From Octopus sinensis (taxonomy: Eukaryota): 64,000 nt of DNA. The translations under genes and the position numbers were made by a program. Positions 60,107 through 64,000 of the stretch are shown piece after piece (positions within the stretch are counted from its first letter, which is position 1; each line of letters starts with the position of its first letter). The notes beneath the pieces were generated by a model. It saw only the letters and a program-made list of their open reading frames with translations, made no database searches and was not told where the DNA came from. The stretch is taken from NCBI RefSeq assembly GCF_006345805.1, contig NC_043006.1, positions 14,198,001-14,262,000 of the forward strand, in the 5' to 3' direction.

Positions 60107-60312
60107 GTATATGTTGTATGTCTGTGTTTGTTCCCTCACCATTACTTGACAACCAATATTGATGTGTTTACATCCTCGTAACTTAGTGGTTTGGCAAAAG
60201 AGACTGATAGAATAGGTACTAGGCTTACAAAGTGCTGGGGTCAATTTGTTCAACTAAAGGCAATACTCCAGCATGGCCACAGTCAAATGCCTGAAACTAG
60301 TAAAAGAATAAA
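59891..60312 (+). mobile_element. SINE family A, diverged (partial copies at 49806-50030, 59625-59835, 61245-61410)
   Basis: Homologous to the other copies. Confidence 0.8.
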
Positions 60313-60370
60313 AGAATATATATCTATATAAATATAATGTATGTATATATATATATATCTTTATACATTA

Positions 60371-60756
60371 TCTCTCTCTATATAAACGGCAGTTTGTCTG
60401 TGCGTGTTTCTGTGTGTCTGTTTTCTCGTACCCTCACCCTGACCACGGCTTTCAACCGATTCTGATGAAACTTGACACACACATAGCCCATGTCATAATT
60501 CAAAACTAACGCAGCGAAAATTTGAAAAGTTCCCCCAGTTCTGAAAAAAATCGATAAATTCGACATGGGGTCGAGAATAAAAAAAAACAAACCACAGACT
60601 GTCTAGGGGACGCAACTCAACCTTTTATTACTCTCAAAAAAAAAATTTACCATCATTTTTTTTCCATTTTTTGGCTATTTTTTGGCTATAACTCTCTAAA
60701 AATGCTTTATAGTTATTTCCCTTACAAACCTGAGCAACGCCGGGCGATACTGCTAG
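60371..60756 (+). mobile_element. Short non-autonomous Helitron
   Basis: A|TCTCTCTCTATATAAACGGC...CCTGAGCAACGCCGGGCGATACTGCTAG|T. Confidence 0.85.
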
Positions 60757-60794
60757 TATTTATATATACATACATATATACATATATATATATG

Positions 60795-61179
60795 GATGGA
60801 AGCACTCCGTCGGTTACGATGACGAGGGTTCCAGTTGATCCGATCAACGGAACAGCCTGCTCGTGAAATTAACGTGTATGTGGCTGAGCACTCCACAGGC
60901 ACGTGTACCCTTAACGTAGTTCTCGGGGATATTCAGCGTGACACTGAGAGTGACAAGGCCGGCCCTTTGAAATACAGGTACAACAGAAACAGGAAGTAAG
61001 AGTGAGAGAAAGTTGTGGTGAAAGAGTACAGCAGGGATCACCACCATCCCCTGCCGGAGCCTCGTGGAGCTTTAGGTGTTTTCGCTCAATAAACATTCAC
61101 AACGCCCGGTCTGGGAATCGAAACCGCGATCCTACGACCGCGAGTCCGCTGCCCTAACCACTGGGCCATTGCGCCTCCA
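60795..61179 (-). mobile_element. SINE family C, tail type 4
   Basis: As above. Confidence 0.85.
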
Positions 61180-61243
<64 letters not shown>

Positions 61244-61581
61244 AAACAAGCTTCTTTTAATTTCCATCTACCAAATCCACTCACAGGGCTCTAACCACCC
61301 TGAGACTATTGTAGTAGAAACACTTACCCAAGGTGCCATGAAGTGAGACTGAACCCAGGACGATGTAGTTAAGAACCAAGCTTTTTACCACACAATCACA
61401 CCTGTGACTATATATATTATATTTAGTGAACCTTTAAGTGGCCCATTCTGAATTGCATTTATTTGAATTTTGAGAAAATTTTTTAATTGAAATAAAAAAA
61501 AAGAGTCAAAATCTATTCAGAAATATTTATTATCAGAAAAACCGAAAAACCAAAAAAAAAAACAGAAAGATATGTACAACT

Positions 61582-61995
61582 CTACACATCTGTTATAAGT
61601 ACCTCATTTGTAGAAGGTAAAGATTCATCATTATAAACAGCTGTTGTCAAGGTATGGAAAGCATGGATTGCTACCTGGTTCACACGGTTCTCTCTCTCTG
61701 CTTTACCATTTGGCATATCTCGGAAAAAGTTCTCAATCAAAGCATCTTCAAGTTGATCTTTCCGTTCGGATTTGAGGTATTTGATAATCATGATAATTAT
61801 AGCAGCAGAATAGAACACCAAGACTGCTACTATATATATTAATGCCCCGCTATCAGATGCTGGGCCTGTCCTGTGCACAGTTGGATATTTCCTACTGAAA
61901 TTTTCTGGAGGAAACTGTACTGTTCGGAAAGTCTGATTAGGAAAACCTCTGCACAACAAAGCCAACATACTTGAGGTACTGTTTTGAATAACCAT
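61582..61995 (-). CDS. 137-aa single-pass type III membrane protein, KCNE/MinK-like
   Basis: Intact non-repetitive ORF with no signal peptide. N-glycosylation sequons at N5, N20 and N32. One TM segment (ALIYIVAVLVFYSAAIIIMII, aa 51-71) followed by KYLKSERKD. AAAAAATG start context. KCNE assignment rests on a remembered alignment only. Confidence 0.75.
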   Translation of the reverse strand: MVIQNSTSSMLALLCRGFPNQTFRTVQFPPENFSRKYPTVHRTGPASDSGALIYIVAVLVFYSAAIIIMIIKYLKSERKDQLEDALIENFFRDMPNGKAERENRVNQVAIHAFHTLTTAVYNDESLPSTNEVLITDV

Positions 61996-62020
61996 TTTTT
62001 ATTGATGGTATTGATTGGGG

Positions 62021-62244
62021 AGCTGGCAGAATCGTTAGCACGTTGGGTGAAATGCTTAGTGGTATTTCAGCTGCTGTTACGTTGTGAGTTCAAATTCCGC
62101 CAAGGTCGACTTTGCCTTTCATCCTTTCGGGGTCGATAAATTAAGTACCAGTTACACACTGGGGTCGATGTAATCGACTTAATCCATTTGTCTGTCCTTG
62201 TTTGTCCCCTCTATGTTTAGCCCCTTGTGGGTAATAAAGAAATA
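62021..62244 (+). mobile_element. MetaSINE-like family B just upstream of the KCNE-like ATG
   Basis: 14-bp TSD GGTATTGATTGGGG (62007 and 62245). Confidence 0.88.
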
Positions 62245-63477
62245 GGTATTGATTGGGGATTAAGATGAATATTAAGATGCTAATTATAATGATGGTAACA
62301 TATACTGTTAATCACCGAGGATGTATATTTTCATTTGTGAACTTCATACAAAATTACATTTTGTAAATTGTATTAAATTACACTAAGCTTGAAGCACTGA
62401 TGATTGTTAGGAATGAAAAGCATTTCAGTTCAAGTGATGCCTTGTTGGTTGTAGACGGCCAGTCTCCAAAGTAGAACATATGCAAGTTCTGTTATATCTC
62501 ATAAGTTCTGTCAAAGAGTATTGTTAGAAATCTTTCATATTTATTGTTTGAAAATGGAAAATAAATCCTGCTGAATGAGTGACACCATAACTGCAACCAT
62601 TCTTGTAAACACCTTGAAAATATCCCAATAAAAGTCATTGCTTCAATGTTTTTCTCAAAATTTCTTATCTCAGTGAAAATTCTGTTTACCAAAATAACTT
62701 AGTCTTGTATTTTTTTTTAAATCTTGGTATTGCTGTGGTTTTATTTATTATTGGTTGTTATATTAAAAACCATTTCAGTTCAAAATAAATCTTCCTTGGT
62801 TTGAATATTTAAAACTTTGTTTGGCCAAAATATTCTGAAATAGAAATAAAACAGTAATTAAAAAAAATACAATCATTCAAATTTGATTAAGATTTCAAAA
62901 TCTTTAAGTCTCATTAGAATTGCCAAGAACAGTCTTGAAGTTAATTAGTTTAATAACATGTTTTGTCTTTGGTCAGAAAGTGGTGTTTCTTATTTACTTC
63001 TATCTAGAAATCAAAGAAAATGACTACCATTCCCTTCAAACTTTGCTTTTATGAGTTGGACATCAATGTTTTGAAAGTGACCTATTTTGAAACTGACCTA
63101 TTTTCCATTACATTTCAGATACATTTTACTGAGATGCTGAAGCAGAAATATCATTATAGCAAATATTCTGCTCAGTATCACAGATTTGCTTGTCAGTTGC
63201 TTGACCTTAGCCACTTGAGCATGTCCTTAGTGACTGACAATATGTGCATCTCTGATCATGAGCAGGAGTTGTGAGGGAGCATCATAGCCATGTGTTGAGA
63301 GAGATTCTTTGAAGTTTGAATAAGTGTGACAAAAGCAAAGTTTGAAGGGAATATTGGCCATTTTTCATACTTTCTAAGAGAAAGCAAACAGGAAATAACA
63401 GTCACTACCTGAAGACAAAAATCGTGTTACACTGTGTAATTCTATAGTAATACTTGGTTTCCTAATTTTCAATTAGT

Positions 63478-63808
63478 CATCATCATCATCGTTTAACGTC
63501 TGCTTTCCATGCTAGCATGGGTTGGACGATTTTGACTGAGGGCTGGCAACCCAGATGGTTGCACCAGGCTCCAATCTTGATCTGGCAGAGTTTCTACAGC
63601 TGGATGCTCTTCCTAACGCCAACCACTCCGAGAGTGTAGTGGGTGCTTTTTACGTGCCACCGGCATGTGAGGGGGGGGCCAGTCAGGCGGTACTGGCAAT
63701 GACCTCACTCAAATCCTTTTACACATGTTACCAGCACAGGTGCCAGTAAGGCGACTTTGGTAACGATCACGCTCGAATGGTGCCCTTTTACATGCCACTG
63801 GCACGGAA
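63478..63808 (-). mobile_element. RTE 3'-UTR fragment
   Basis: Same subfamily as 23005-23480. Confidence 0.8.
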
Positions 63809-64000
63809 GTGTTATGAAAATCATTTCATTTGTTAGCTTCGTTTGTTGAGTTCAAAAATAGCAAGCTTTATGTTTAGATCATTTTAACCTTTTTGACACC
63901 AGCCGGTCTGAGCAAAAAATTTACTTTGTGTTCTAAGATAAGTTAAAATGATAAATACTTTTGTTTCACTGTATCTCACTAATTCTACCTGAGGTTTATA

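Noticed and set aside
62492-63274. Short ORFs near the right end (62492-62692, 63020-63274)
   Set aside because: TTG/alternative starts, no motifs, and no supporting splice structure.

Overview
AT-rich (eukaryotic) genomic DNA, very rich in repeats. The SINE/RTE repeat landscape points to an octopus (coleoid cephalopod); this is inferred, not looked up. Three protein-coding genes can be reconstructed. (1) A complete 8-exon prohibitin-2 (PHB2, minus strand, 823-28534, 296 aa) whose intron 6 is a U12-type AT-AC intron. (2) A 3-exon mitochondrial sirtuin SIRT4 (plus strand, 41092-52820), transcribed away from PHB2. (3) A single-exon 137-aa type III membrane protein (minus strand, 61582-61995) that aligns without gaps to the KCNE/MinK potassium-channel beta-subunit signature; this is the most novel-looking item. 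The rest is mobile DNA. It includes one intact RTE LINE with a PHD finger inside its RT ORF (PHB2 intron 3), two inverted copies of a composite Helitron, and three SINE families. It also includes piggyBac-, Kolobok-, PIF- and Tc1/mariner-type MITEs, hAT, Tx1, CRE and BovB-like fragments, and a Penelope-like inverted element carrying hammerhead-ribozyme cores. Two aberrant tRNA-Trp-primed LTR integrants are also present: one is palindromic with two U3 ends, and one captured about 40 nt of the primer tRNA. No rRNA, true tRNA gene or CRISPR array was found. Exon coordinates were counted by hand to the base; repeat boundaries are approximate (about +/-10 bp) unless a TSD or terminus is quoted.
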